A stretch of 64,000 nt of DNA from an uncultured Candidatus Saccharibacteria bacterium (GCA_964639285.1 CAZXCI010000003.1:31187-95186), one strand, 5' to 3'. Counted from the stretch's first letter, positions 16,706 to 26,581 are shown. The notes: generated from the letters alone by a model not told the origin. Numbers and translations: made by a program.

Positions 16706-16858
16706 ATGGTTGATGACCAAGATTGGAGTGACGATCCGGGTGCCGTCCTGCCGGTAGACACCGAGCTAGATGACGGCGACGATCTTATCTCTTCAGAAGA
16801 TATGGACCTCTACTCAGGAAACGACCCAGAGGACGCTGATAACCCAGAAAATTGGTAA
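16706..16858 (+). CDS. Possible 50-aa highly acidic small protein (MVDDQDWSDDPGAVLPVDTELDDGDDLISSEDMDLYSGNDPEDADNPENW)
   Basis: Below the ORF-track cutoff; clean ATG-to-TAA frame in an otherwise empty 280-bp gap; followed by a hairpin; no SD. Confidence 0.2.
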   Translation: MVDDQDWSDDPGAVLPVDTELDDGDDLISSEDMDLYSGNDPEDADNPENW

Positions 16859-16906
16859 GACAACAAAAAAGAAAAGCCCAAGCAAGTCTTAGTTGGGTTT
16901 TTCTTT

Positions 16907-19195
16907 TTGACAAAATATGCTAATATGGTGCAAATGAAAAGGACTTTTTTTTCTTTTAGGAAGATTGCTCGGCTTATCCTCTTTGGAGGTATACTTATTT
17001 TTCTGTTTGGAGGGTTTTCAACAATTTGGGCCATTACCCTTCCCGTCCCCGACTTTGAATCTTTTTTTGAAAAACAAATTACTGAACAGTCAACAAAAAT
17101 CTACGATCGTTCAGGGGAAATATTACTTTATGACGTTAGAGGGGTCAGGCAAACAGCTGTCGGTTTTGCCGAGATTCCATCAGCTATTAAACTAGCCACT
17201 CTCGCAATAGAGGATGCTGGCTTCTATCAACATCAGGGAATACAACCAAGCTCTATAGCCCGAGCTTTCTTGGTAAATTTTAAATCTGGCGGGGTTAAAC
17301 AGGGTGGTTCAACTATCACTCAGCAGGTTGTTAAGAATTCTCTCCTAACCAGAGACAAAACTCTTACTCGTAAAATTAAAGAGGTTATCTTGTCTGTTAA
17401 ACTAGAAAAAACGATGTCTAAGGATGAAATACTTAATGTCTATCTAAACCAAACGCCTTACGGTGGCAACATTTATGGTGTTCAAGAGGCTTCTCGAGCT
17501 TATTTTAAGAAAGATGTCCGCAACATCACGCTTGCTGAAGCTGCTTACTTAGCTGCGATGCCTCAAGCTCCAAATTATTATTCCCCTTATGGAACACATC
17601 GCGACAAATTAGAAGAGAGAAAGAACCTTGTTCTTGATCGTATGTTTGACGTTGGTTTTATCACAAAAGATATTCGCGATCGAGCCAAACAAGAGAGAGT
17701 TGTTTTTTATGAAAAAATAAACCAGAGCATTAAGGCCCCCCACTTTGTCTTCTGGCTTAAAGATTATCTAGATAAAAGATACGGTAAAGATAATATTGAA
17801 ACAAACAGTTTTAAAGTTATCTCTACTATTGATTGGAATCTGCAACAAAAAGTTGAAGAATTAGCAAAAACATACGGCGACCAGAATGAAAAGAATTTTG
17901 GTGCCCAAAACAACAGTGTTGTTGTTATTGACCCGAGAACAGGACAGATTCTCGCTCTTACGGGGTCAAGAGATTACTTTAACCAAGAGATTAGTGGTAA
18001 CTTCAATGTCGCTACCGCTCATCGCCAACCAGGATCATCTTTCAAACCTTTCGTCTACGCGACAGCCTTTAATAGGGGTTACACCGACAAAACAATCCTC
18101 TTTGACCTCAAAACAGAGTTCAACACCAACTGTGACCCAACAGGAAAGCCTTTAGCTGGAGCAAAAGCCTCCGATTGTTATATGCCTAGAAACTATGATA
18201 ATACATATCTAGGTCCAATGACCCTAAGAGACGCCTTAGCCCAATCAAGAAATATCCCGGCGATCAAAGTTCTTTATCTTGCAGGTATTAACAACTCCCT
18301 TGCCACAGCCAAAAAAATGGGAATTACGAGCCTTGGGACAAAAAATCAATATGGTTTAACTTTAGTTCTTGGTGGTGGTGAAGTTTCCCTCCTCGAAATG
18401 ACTGGGGCTTATGGAGCCTTCTCCCAGGAGGGTGTTAAACATGAGACAGTTGGTATTCTTAAGGTGACTGGCCCCCAAAATAACACCTTAGAAGAGTACA
18501 CTGATAAAAGTGAGCAGGTTCTACCAACAAACACAGCAAGAATGATAAGCGATATCCTCTCTGACAACAAAGCGAGACAGCCTGCTTATAGCCCAAACTC
18601 TCCCCTCTTCTTCCCAGGACGACAGGTGGCAGTAAAAACAGGAACAACAAACGACTATAAGGATGCCTGGATTATTGGCTACACCCCAAGTTTTGTAGTT
18701 GGAGCTTGGGCTGGCAATAATGACAACACTCCAATGGAAAAAAAGGTGGCCGGGACTATTATTGCTCCACTTTGGCATGCAGTAATGGCTGAGGTGACAA
18801 AAAATACCCAAGCTGAAACCTTTATCCCTCCTTCAATTAATTATGTTGGTTTGAAACCGGTTCTAAGAGGTTTTTGGCAAGGGGGACAAATTAGAGATTT
18901 TTATCTACCAACAATTCCAGGCCAAACAGCAAAAAAAGTAGAAATACTTACTGTTAATGCTCATTCTATTCTTTATTGGCTAGACAAAAATAACCCCCTT
19001 GGCCCAGCTCCATATAATCCAGAAGCTGATCAACAGTTCAGACTTTGGGATTACCCCGTTCAAATGTGGTTTAGAACAAATAAACTCAAAAATGGTCAGG
19101 AAATAATTATTGATCAACCAGAAAACAAACAAGGACCCTTAGAACAACTTATAAATATTTCTTCTTCAACAGCCAGCTCAACTCTTCCTAATTAA
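16907..19195 (+). CDS. mrcA: Penicillin-binding protein 1A family (bifunctional glycosyltransferase/transpeptidase)
   Basis: GT51 motifs (ATLAIEDAGFYQHQGI, GGSTITQQ), transpeptidase SxxK (PGSSFKPF), SxN, KTGT (KTGTTND); true start may be a downstream Met at 16925 or 16934. Confidence 0.85.
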   Translation: MTKYANMVQMKRTFFSFRKIARLILFGGILIFLFGGFSTIWAITLPVPDFESFFEKQITEQSTKIYDRSGEILLYDVRGVRQTAVGFAEIPSAIKLATLAIEDAGFYQHQGIQPSSIARAFLVNFKSGGVKQGGSTITQQVVKNSLLTRDKTLTRKIKEVILSVKLEKTMSKDEILNVYLNQTPYGGNIYGVQEASRAYFKKDVRNITLAEAAYLAAMPQAPNYYSPYGTHRDKLEERKNLVLDRMFDVGFITKDIRDRAKQERVVFYEKINQSIKAPHFVFWLKDYLDKRYGKDNIETNSFKVISTIDWNLQQKVEELAKTYGDQNEKNFGAQNNSVVVIDPRTGQILALTGSRDYFNQEISGNFNVATAHRQPGSSFKPFVYATAFNRGYTDKTILFDLKTEFNTNCDPTGKPLAGAKASDCYMPRNYDNTYLGPMTLRDALAQSRNIPAIKVLYLAGINNSLATAKKMGITSLGTKNQYGLTLVLGGGEVSLLEMTGAYGAFSQEGVKHETVGILKVTGPQNNTLEEYTDKSEQVLPTNTARMISDILSDNKARQPAYSPNSPLFFPGRQVAVKTGTTNDYKDAWIIGYTPSFVVGAWAGNNDNTPMEKKVAGTIIAPLWHAVMAEVTKNTQAETFIPPSINYVGLKPVLRGFWQGGQIRDFYLPTIPGQTAKKVEILTVNAHSILYWLDKNNPLGPAPYNPEADQQFRLWDYPVQMWFRTNKLKNGQEIIIDQPENKQGPLEQLINISSSTASSTLPN

Positions 19196-19196
19196 A

Positions 19197-19448
19197 TTAT
19201 CTTAGGTCCCCTATTTTTAAACCTTGCTCCTTAAAGACAGAGAGTATTTTTTCTTTTTTTAAAATAAGCTCAAGTTTATATTTTGGTTTAATCTTTAAAA
19301 AAAGGACCCCCTCTTTCAGTCTTACTTCCTCATTAGTAATAGTTAAACCTGTTTCTTTTTTTATTGTCTCAACAATTAAAGACAACTCAAGGGCCTTATT
19401 GTTAAAGAGATTTTGATAGCGAGCCAATAAACCACCAATTAATTCCAT
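19197..19448 (-). CDS. Small protein downstream of dnaN, possibly DUF721/DciA-like
   Basis: Position immediately after dnaN; C-terminal half (GVLFLKIKPKYKLELILKKEKILSVFKE) resembles the DUF721 pattern; weak. Confidence 0.3.
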   Translation of the reverse strand: MELIGGLLARYQNLFNNKALELSLIVETIKKETGLTITNEEVRLKEGVLFLKIKPKYKLELILKKEKILSVFKEQGLKIGDLR

Positions 19449-19450
19449 TT

Positions 19451-20554
19451 TTATTTATTAATAGGCATCACGAGATAAAGAAAGTTTTCATCCCCTACTC
19501 CAGATATTAAGAGAGGTTGGTTTTTATCAGTAAAACGAAGATAAACATCATCGGCGCCTATTGACGGCAAACAATCTAAAAGATATTTGGCATTAAAACT
19601 GCTTTCCAAATTATCTCCTTTTACTTTTGTAATTAAAGAAAAGTTATTTTCCCCAATATCTTGATTGCGAGAACTTATCTCTAAAGTGTTTGTTTTATTA
19701 TCAATTTTAAAGTCAATCTGATTGAATTTATCAGTAAAAATGTTTGATAATTTGAGGATACTAGACAACTCATCTTTTTTAACATTAAGTTCTGTTTTGA
19801 ATTTTGTTGGAATAATTTGTTGATAATCAGGATAAGAACCATCAATAATTCTAAGAGTTAAATATAGGTTGTCGGTTTGAATCGCCAGCTGATTCTTATT
19901 AAAACTAACAATAAGGTTTGCTTGGAGCCCATCAATTGTCTTTATTATCTCAGTGACACTCTTAAGAGGAATAATTAGAGCAATTTGTTCTTTAAATTTA
20001 TGGTCAACAACTATCTTTTTTTCGACTAGACGGAAAGAGTCGGTTGCAACAAAAAATAATTCATTTCCTTTATTGTAAACATAAACACTAGATATTTCAG
20101 GTTTAATATCCGATAAGGCAGCAGCAAAGATAACCGACTTTAACCCAGCGGTTAAGGTGGTTGAATCAATAGTAAAACCATTTTCTTGATTAATTTTAGG
20201 AATAATAGGAAAATCATCAGTATTTAAACCTTTTATTAAAGTATTAGTATTTTCTGTTGTTATTTTAAGATTATCGCTTATTGTCGTTAATTCAACTTTT
20301 ATCTCTTTATTTAAATTGGAGAGAAAATTATTTAAAACAGTGGCACTAACGGTAATTGATCCAACTTCTTGAATCTTGGCCGGAATTTCTATTTCTACCC
20401 CAACCTCTAAATTTGTTGATTTTATAATTAAAGCCTTATTGCTCGTCTCAAGGAGAATTGATCCTAAAATTGGTAAAGTTAAATTACGACCAGCAACTCG
20501 CTCAGCAATTGCTACTCCGTCCTTTAATTTATCTTTTACACATTCAATTTTCAT
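19451..20554 (-). CDS. dnaN: DNA polymerase III beta sliding clamp
   Basis: MKIECVKDKL...LTLPILGSILLE N-terminus, three-domain length (367 aa), dnaA-dnaN synteny. Confidence 0.9.
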   Translation of the reverse strand: MKIECVKDKLKDGVAIAERVAGRNLTLPILGSILLETSNKALIIKSTNLEVGVEIEIPAKIQEVGSITVSATVLNNFLSNLNKEIKVELTTISDNLKITTENTNTLIKGLNTDDFPIIPKINQENGFTIDSTTLTAGLKSVIFAAALSDIKPEISSVYVYNKGNELFFVATDSFRLVEKKIVVDHKFKEQIALIIPLKSVTEIIKTIDGLQANLIVSFNKNQLAIQTDNLYLTLRIIDGSYPDYQQIIPTKFKTELNVKKDELSSILKLSNIFTDKFNQIDFKIDNKTNTLEISSRNQDIGENNFSLITKVKGDNLESSFNAKYLLDCLPSIGADDVYLRFTDKNQPLLISGVGDENFLYLVMPINK

Positions 20555-20757
20555 ATTTTTTATTTTTAAGACTTATTAATATTAAACTTGTGGATATGTT
20601 GATAAGTTTAATATATCTTTATAGATAAAGAGTTTTTGTTTTTTTAAATTACCCATTCCTGTTAATTAAAGTGTTTATAAAAATCTTTTTTAAAATATCA
20701 ATTCAACTCTTGTTTTTTATCCCCAATTAATACTAATCTTTATCCCAATTTTTTCCA
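20555..20757. promoter_or_regulatory. AT-rich dnaA-dnaN intergenic region with DnaA-box-like 9-mers (TGTGGATAT at 20589; TTATCCCCA at 20717; TTATCCCAA at 20740): candidate oriC / DNA-unwinding element
   Basis: DnaA box consensus TTATCCACA with one or two mismatches, both orientations, in a roughly 75 percent AT spacer. Confidence 0.45.
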
Positions 20758-22152
20758 CTAGCTATTAACATAAAGTAAAGACCTGATCTGTTCTACTTCT
20801 TGATTTAACAGAGAATCTGTTTTTATATCTTTTTTTATTTTCTCATAAGCGTGGATAACGGTTGTGTGATCTCTTCCTCCCAATTTTTGCCCAATATAAG
20901 GATAAGATGTATTAAAATCCTCTCTTAGTATATACATAATAACCTGTCTTGGTTTTACAATCTCTTTACGGCGGGTCTTTTCATAAAGAACTTTTTCTTC
21001 AATATTATAATAATTGGCAACAACACCGAGAACGTCCTTAATTGAGAGGGTTTTTTGTGGCTTGGTGTTGTTTTTTATTATCCCTTTAACCTCTTGAAGA
21101 GTGACATCTCTTTTTTTTGCTTGAGCTTGGCAAATAATAGAATTAAGGGCCCCTTCCAACTCTCGAATACTATCTTGGACAACAGAGGCAATGTATTCAA
21201 TAATTTCTGGAGCTAGAGAGAGATTGTTTACCTTAATTTTATTATTTAAAATAGCTAATCGAGACTCATAATCTGGTTTGGCAACATCAATAATTGTTCC
21301 TCCTTCAAAACGAGATCTTAAACGTTCTTCAAGACTTGGTATATACTTAGGCGGTTTGTCAGAAGAAAAAATAATTTGTTTATTATTTTCATAATAATGA
21401 TTAAAAAGATGAAAAAGCTCTTCCTGAGAATGTTCTTTATTGGAAAAAAATTGAACATCGTCAATGATTAGGAGGTCATATTTACGATAACGCTCTTTGA
21501 AAGCGTTACCTTTATTGTTTTGGATATTATTAATAAGTTCAACTATAAAATTCTCTGAGGTTATATAATAAACCGTCTTGTTTGGGTAGTTCTTCTTGAG
21601 CTGGTTGCCAATAGCCTGAAGAAGATGTGTTTTACCTAATCCTGTACCCCCATAAATAAAGAGTGGATTATGAATTGTTCCAGGATTTTTAACAATCGCC
21701 TGGCTAGCAGCATAGGCGACATCGTTAAAAGAGCCAACTGTGAAGGTTTCAAAAGTGTATTTAGGGTTAAGATTACTCTCTTTGTTGATATAGAGGTCTT
21801 TCAAGCCGAGATCGTTCACAATTAAGGCTGTTTTGTCCCCCTGAGAGCCCTTGTTCTTCTGTGAACTGTCTTTTTCATCATTTCGACTGATGATGTACTC
21901 TATTGAGCGTACCCCCTCCTCTATCTCGCGCAGGGCCTTAAGGATGAATTTGTGGTACTTAGTCATAAGCCAATCTCGAACAAAGGCGTTTGGGACTCCA
22001 ATATAGATGACACCCTCGTCATTCTTAACAATATGGGTGTTTTTAAACCAAGTACCAAAATTGGCTTTAGAGAGAGATAATTCTATCTCGTTGAGGGCGC
22101 TATCCCAGAGCTTCTTGTTATCTAAAATACTCTCCATAGCAATTGTCCCCAT
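20758..22152 (-). CDS. dnaA: Chromosomal replication initiator protein DnaA
   Basis: AAA+ Walker A GGTGLGKTHLL, sensor motifs, C-terminal DNA-binding helix YIGQKLGGRDHTTVIHA. Confidence 0.9.
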   Translation of the reverse strand: MGTIAMESILDNKKLWDSALNEIELSLSKANFGTWFKNTHIVKNDEGVIYIGVPNAFVRDWLMTKYHKFILKALREIEEGVRSIEYIISRNDEKDSSQKNKGSQGDKTALIVNDLGLKDLYINKESNLNPKYTFETFTVGSFNDVAYAASQAIVKNPGTIHNPLFIYGGTGLGKTHLLQAIGNQLKKNYPNKTVYYITSENFIVELINNIQNNKGNAFKERYRKYDLLIIDDVQFFSNKEHSQEELFHLFNHYYENNKQIIFSSDKPPKYIPSLEERLRSRFEGGTIIDVAKPDYESRLAILNNKIKVNNLSLAPEIIEYIASVVQDSIRELEGALNSIICQAQAKKRDVTLQEVKGIIKNNTKPQKTLSIKDVLGVVANYYNIEEKVLYEKTRRKEIVKPRQVIMYILREDFNTSYPYIGQKLGGRDHTTVIHAYEKIKKDIKTDSLLNQEVEQIRSLLYVNS

Positions 22153-22161
22153 TATAGTGAT

Positions 22162-22222
22162 TGTGGATAAACAAGCAAACTTCCCTAATTTGTTTATATA
22201 TGGTGGATTACTTGTGGATTAT
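22162..22222. promoter_or_regulatory. Cluster of three co-oriented DnaA boxes upstream of dnaA (TGTGGATAA perfect at 22162-22170; TGGTGGATTA; TGTGGATTA at 22214-22222): oriC / dnaA autoregulation region
   Basis: Exact reverse complement of TTATCCACA plus two one-to-two-mismatch copies within 60 bp. Confidence 0.55.
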
Positions 22223-22230
22223 TTCAAACC

Positions 22231-22258
22231 TTGCCAAAAGACAAATTTTTGTTATACT
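22231..22258 (+). promoter_or_regulatory. Sigma70-like promoter for rpmH-rnpA-yidC (TTGCCA - 16 nt - TATACT); the predicted start site lies only 1-3 nt before the rpmH ATG (leaderless)
   Basis: Hexamers seen directly; ATG at 22267. Confidence 0.4.
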
Positions 22259-22266
22259 AGCGGGGT

Positions 22267-22407
22267 ATGTCATTTACCTACAAGCCATCTAAGAAGAAAA
22301 GAGCTACCACTCACGGCTTTTTGTCTAGAACCAAAACTGCTAATGGTAAAAAAGTTTTAGCTCGTCGCCGTACTAAGGGACGAAGCAGTTTGTCTGTTTC
22401 TAAATAA
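22267..22407 (+). CDS. rpmH: 50S ribosomal protein L34
   Basis: [46 protein letters not shown], a classic L34 sequence; below the ORF-track length cutoff. Confidence 0.85.
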   Translation: MSFTYKPSKKKRATTHGFLSRTKTANGKKVLARRRTKGRSSLSVSK

Positions 22408-22758
22408 ATGCTTCCTAAAAACAGGAGAATATCCACCTCTCTTCTTCTCCCGGCGCTTAAAAGAAGCACTGTTTATTCTTCTGAAAATCTAACCCTCAGA
22501 ATTCATCGTCTATCCCCTAATGAACAAACTAAACCCGCTAAAATTGCCATTATCGTCCCCCGTAAGGTCAATAAATTAGCTGTTGATCGTCATCTAAGTA
22601 AAAGAAAAATTAGCGCTTTTTTAGAAAAAGAATTAAAATTAATTAAGCCTGGCCAATATCTTATTTTTCAAATTAAGAAAGATATTGCCAAGCTCCCTTC
22701 TTTAGTGTTAGCACAAGAGGTTAAGGGTCTTCTTTTAAATCATGATTGCCTTTTTTAA
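22408..22758 (+). CDS. rnpA: Ribonuclease P protein component
   Basis: Immediately follows rpmH (stop/start abutting); basic 116-aa protein with an RnpA-like LLKRSTVYSSENLTLRI region. Confidence 0.75.
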   Translation: MLPKNRRISTSLLLPALKRSTVYSSENLTLRIHRLSPNEQTKPAKIAIIVPRKVNKLAVDRHLSKRKISAFLEKELKLIKPGQYLIFQIKKDIAKLPSLVLAQEVKGLLLNHDCLF

Positions 22759-23488
22759 AGTTATCCTCTTTATTCCCCTATATAACCTCCTTGTTTTTAT
22801 TACCTCGGTTATTCCTGGTGGAGATTTGGGCTTAGCAATAATTATTCTAACGCTTTTGGTGAAACTGCTTATTTTTCCTCTCTATACCAAGTCTGTCAGA
22901 ACTCAAATCAAATTAAAATCGGTAGAAGCGAAACTAAAAGAAATCAAAGAGAAATATAAAGACAATCTCTCCGAACAGTCTCGTCAAACAATGGAACTTT
23001 ATCGACAAGAAAGGATTAATCCTTTCTCAACAATTATTGTTCTTTTTATCCAAATCCCAATCATTATCTCTCTTTTTTATGTCTTTAGAGATAGCTTTAC
23101 TATCCACACTGAGATTCTTTATTCTTTTATCACCGCTCCTCTTCAGATCAACACCAATTTCTTGGGTTGGTTCGACTTGACGGCGAGTAGGAACATTATT
23201 CTGGCGGCCTTAACCGGAGTCACTCAATATCTTCAGGTTCGTTATTCTCTTCCCCCTCCCCCCATTAAAGATAAAAAAGTTGGTGAATCTTTCAAAGAAG
23301 ACTTGATGCGTAGTATGGACCTTCAGATGCGTTACTTTATGCCCCTAATAACTGTCTTTATTGCCTTCACTCTTCCCTCGGCTATTGCCCTCTACTGGAT
23401 AACAAGCAATAGCTTCTCAGCCATCTATGAGTTAATGGTGATTAAGAAAATAAAGAAGGAAGCCGAGCTTTCTAAAGTGGCAAACTAA
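22742..23488 (+). CDS. yidC: Membrane protein insertase YidC (short Oxa1-type)
   Basis: Five-TM 248-aa protein, conserved YidC core (PLYTKSVRTQIKLK..., LIFPLY), rpmH-rnpA-yidC synteny. Confidence 0.8.
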   Translation: MIAFFKVILFIPLYNLLVFITSVIPGGDLGLAIIILTLLVKLLIFPLYTKSVRTQIKLKSVEAKLKEIKEKYKDNLSEQSRQTMELYRQERINPFSTIIVLFIQIPIIISLFYVFRDSFTIHTEILYSFITAPLQINTNFLGWFDLTASRNIILAALTGVTQYLQVRYSLPPPPIKDKKVGESFKEDLMRSMDLQMRYFMPLITVFIAFTLPSAIALYWITSNSFSAIYELMVIKKIKKEAELSKVAN

Positions 23489-24719
23489 AAGATTGGAGAG
23501 AATTATCTATTTTGTTAATAGCATAGATCCACCCTCTCTCTGGAGCGACAATAAGATTTACAAGGTCGAGAGAACCTTTAATTGGGGCGATTAGAGTGAC
23601 AGTCTTTTGTTTCAGGTTAACCTTCCAAATATCATCAGAAAAAGTAATTTTGCCTTGGTACCAGTTGTCGGGGTATGAGCCAGTTGGAATTGTTTTTGGC
23701 ACAGCACAATAGAGAGTGTCACTGTCTTGCCACAAGCATTTCTCGGGCAGGGTTTTAACTCCAACTGGTAAGGCTTTTTCTGTTTTTACATCATGTAAAT
23801 AGAGATCAAGAAGACCTAAGTTATTGCGAGAAAAAATAATCTTGTTTCCATCAGGGGAAACGCTTGTCGTTAGGCCGTTGATACCACTAAGAATTTTGAT
23901 AAAAGATCCAGTGTTGGGATTAAGAAAGTAGAGGTGGCCAGAACTACGAGCACTTGGGGTGGTGGTAAGGCTGATGATGTCACTTTTGGGCCAAGAAGCT
24001 TGCCAGTCACCATAAGGGAAGGACCAAACCTTCTTCTTGTTTTTCCCTGCCCAGTCATTAACGTAGCCTATTACCCCGGATCCAGATGTCTCTAAAGTAA
24101 AAAATTTGCTTCGGTCTGGGGAGACAGCAATTGCCGAGATATTCGTACCTAGAGCTTGATTTTTCAACGAACCAAGTTCTGTCCCAACTGGTTCTTTGAT
24201 GAGTCCAACAAGGGTGATAGTTTGGTCGAATTGGTAAAATCTAGTAATCAGTCTTTCTCCCGTTTTGTCTTTCCCCCACAAGACCTCTTGGATGTTGGTG
24301 AGAGTCTCCCCGGTGAGGCGAGAGAGATCATTTTGACTGGTTATTTCGTAAATATTACCACTTGATTTCTCAACAAAAAGAACTCGTTCTGTTTTACCCT
24401 CTCCTGCCATCGTTAGTCCAATGGCGCTAGTTCCGGCTATGGTCGGATTGATTATTGGTTCTGGTTGGTCAAAAGAAATAATGTTGGTCGGCTGGTTTGC
24501 GACGTTGGTATTGTTGGAAAAGCCAGAGTTAGAGATCATCGCTCCCTCGGGGAAGAAATTCTCAGGCACAGGAGGAACCTCTGTTCCAGATTTAACTCTC
24601 AATGGCCACAAGCTGGTTAGACTAGATGCCCCGCCTTGAGATAAGACTATATAACCAATAACTCCGAAGGAAGCAATGATGAGGACGATGAGAATGATGA
24701 TAATTACCTTTTTTATCAT
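23472..24719 (-). CDS. Membrane-anchored WD40-like beta-propeller protein (PD40/TolB-like repeats), last gene of the T4SS-like operon
   Basis: N-terminal TM helix; repeated SPDG/SPDR...F.. PD40-like motifs (SPDRSKFF, SPDGNKIIFSRNN). Confidence 0.5.
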   Translation of the reverse strand: MIKKVIIIILIVLIIASFGVIGYIVLSQGGASSLTSLWPLRVKSGTEVPPVPENFFPEGAMISNSGFSNNTNVANQPTNIISFDQPEPIINPTIAGTSAIGLTMAGEGKTERVLFVEKSSGNIYEITSQNDLSRLTGETLTNIQEVLWGKDKTGERLITRFYQFDQTITLVGLIKEPVGTELGSLKNQALGTNISAIAVSPDRSKFFTLETSGSGVIGYVNDWAGKNKKKVWSFPYGDWQASWPKSDIISLTTTPSARSSGHLYFLNPNTGSFIKILSGINGLTTSVSPDGNKIIFSRNNLGLLDLYLHDVKTEKALPVGVKTLPEKCLWQDSDTLYCAVPKTIPTGSYPDNWYQGKITFSDDIWKVNLKQKTVTLIAPIKGSLDLVNLIVAPERGWIYAINKIDNSLQSFSLPL

Positions 24720-24725
24720 AAGAAA

Positions 24726-25169
24726 TTAAATCGCATCTAGTAGTAAATTAAGATTAAGTAGGTCGGGATTTATTAAATTAAGTAACAGATAAGAGGTCAG
24801 AGCGATAAATAAACCCAGAAGAGCTTTCCGAATTTTACTTTTACCATCAAGTTTGATTCCCGGGATATCGGATGTAATATATTCAAGTCCGCCAAGGATA
24901 AAATAAAAAACAGTCGCACTGATGATAAGGACAAACATGAGGAGATAAATGGTCTTAAGATAATCAGTTAAGCCATATTCTGTTGGTTGTGTTCCTCCTT
25001 GGTCGATGATAATCGTGGGTTCAAGCAAGGTGTAACCATCAACGGCGAAAGCAAGAGACATTGGTAAATTGAAAACCATGAAGCAAAAAGTCATTAAACA
25101 GAGGGAGACTAATTTTCTTTGGAAAGGGGTCATATCTTTATTGTAATGGTTTAAGTAGGCCATTGCCAT
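24726..25169 (-). CDS. Small two-TM protein with a signal-peptide-like N-terminus, candidate VirB2/TrbC-type pilin of the T4SS-like operon
   Basis: Hydrophobic N-terminus ending LAFA, then two long hydrophobic helices; size and topology typical of conjugative pilins; start may be an internal Met. Confidence 0.35.
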   Translation of the reverse strand: MAMAYLNHYNKDMTPFQRKLVSLCLMTFCFMVFNLPMSLAFAVDGYTLLEPTIIIDQGGTQPTEYGLTDYLKTIYLLMFVLIISATVFYFILGGLEYITSDIPGIKLDGKSKIRKALLGLFIALTSYLLLNLINPDLLNLNLLLDAI

Positions 25170-26139
25170 ATTTAATAATAAAAGAATTATTGGCAGACGA
25201 AAGGAGGCTTTGAGCTAAGAAATTTACAAGATTAGATCCAGAGACCTCTGTGGATCTTCTCAGGGTAATTGCTTGGGGGTCATCGGATTTTCCTTGGGCA
25301 TTGGATCGGTCAATTTGCCAAGAATATTTGTAGTCATTGTCGTTTCCCAAGGGTAGAAAATAGGGTTCAGCTTTGATAGTGACTTCCTCCTCAAAGAGAG
25401 GGTATTCTTTAGGAATAATCTTTCCGTAAATTACCCCCTCCAGAGGCTTCTTCTCATAAAAAAGAACTTCTGGCGAGACAAGATTGATGACCACGTTTTC
25501 GTTGGCCGTTATGTTGTCGGTGACGCTCTTGGCCTCAACTTCAAGTTTAACTTGAGAAGCCCCCTTGTCTGTTTCTAAAGAAATAACATTTTTCCCTACG
25601 CCCGAGAGGTTCGTCAGAATCGCCCCATTCTTTTTCCAAGTATAAGATAGTTTGGCGGGATCTATTTTTTGTCCAGACCTACTTACAATATAGGGCAGGG
25701 CGACAATTTTTATCTTAGCCCCAGCGCTAGGCAAAGCCTTCCCCTTGTAAGGGCCAGGCTTTGAGGTCTTAGTTTCCCAAAAGAGCTCTAGCTCGGTTGG
25801 GTCAAAAATGAATGTTTTGCTCGCTTTTTGTCCTCCTCGAGCTTGAACATAAACTGAAATTTTTGTTTGGACTCCGACGGGGCCGAGATTAAAAGAAAAT
25901 TTATCAGTCCCAATACCGCGACTTTTTAGCTCATTGTCAACATACCAACTTATTACGCTGGTGTTTATTTTGAAACCATAACTCGATAAACCAATAGTGA
26001 CTGTCTCCCCCGCTCCTGGGCTAGTCGGGCTAACTTCAGCAACCAAATTATTATTCATACTCGTCTCTTGGAAAGCTTGTAGCCCCAAAGGAAGAGCCAG
26101 GAGGAAGAGAGTTGTAATTAAGGGGATTTTTTTAAACAT
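25138..26139 (-). CDS. Secreted protein with tandem Ig-like/beta-sandwich-like segments (hypothetical; T4SS-associated)
   Basis: Signal peptide MFKKIPLITTLFLLALPLGLQA; beta-rich repeats; no family recognised. Confidence 0.5.
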   Translation of the reverse strand: MFKKIPLITTLFLLALPLGLQAFQETSMNNNLVAEVSPTSPGAGETVTIGLSSYGFKINTSVISWYVDNELKSRGIGTDKFSFNLGPVGVQTKISVYVQARGGQKASKTFIFDPTELELFWETKTSKPGPYKGKALPSAGAKIKIVALPYIVSRSGQKIDPAKLSYTWKKNGAILTNLSGVGKNVISLETDKGASQVKLEVEAKSVTDNITANENVVINLVSPEVLFYEKKPLEGVIYGKIIPKEYPLFEEEVTIKAEPYFLPLGNDNDYKYSWQIDRSNAQGKSDDPQAITLRRSTEVSGSNLVNFLAQSLLSSANNSFIIKYGNGLLKPLQ

Positions 26140-26144
26140 CTTAT

Positions 26145-26579
26145 TTAAGTGGCAACACTTCTGGCCTTACCAAGTTTAGAACCACTTAGGGCCTTGGATA
26201 GTGCTGCCGCTGCTTGTGGCGATAATTTAGCGACAAGATCTTCGCTATAAGTCATCGCTAGAAGTATTATAACACTTAAAGTTATGGTTGGTATATTACT
26301 AAGAAGAGGAATAACTTCGATCAAATAAGAAACACCCACTGTCATGGCTTTTCCTGGTTTAGCATAACTGACTCCAAATAAAGAGAACCAGGTGAAGAAG
26401 GTCAGGAAAGACCAAAAAGAAATGAGCGGATTAATAATCCAGCCGAGAAGGCCAAAAGACAGGAGATCAACTAGGTTTTGAGAACCATCATAAATTAACG
26501 CCACACCAACCATCAATATGCCGATAAAGACATGGATTCTTAATTTGGGCTTTTCTTTTTTCTTTTCATCATTCTCCAT
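26145..26579 (-). CDS. Polytopic small membrane protein (hypothetical; T4SS-associated)
   Basis: 3-4 predicted TM helices; lysine-rich N-terminus; translationally coupled to neighbours. Confidence 0.45.
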   Translation of the reverse strand: MENDEKKKEKPKLRIHVFIGILMVGVALIYDGSQNLVDLLSFGLLGWIINPLISFWSFLTFFTWFSLFGVSYAKPGKAMTVGVSYLIEVIPLLSNIPTITLSVIILLAMTYSEDLVAKLSPQAAAALSKALSGSKLGKARSVAT

Positions 26580-26581
26580 TA

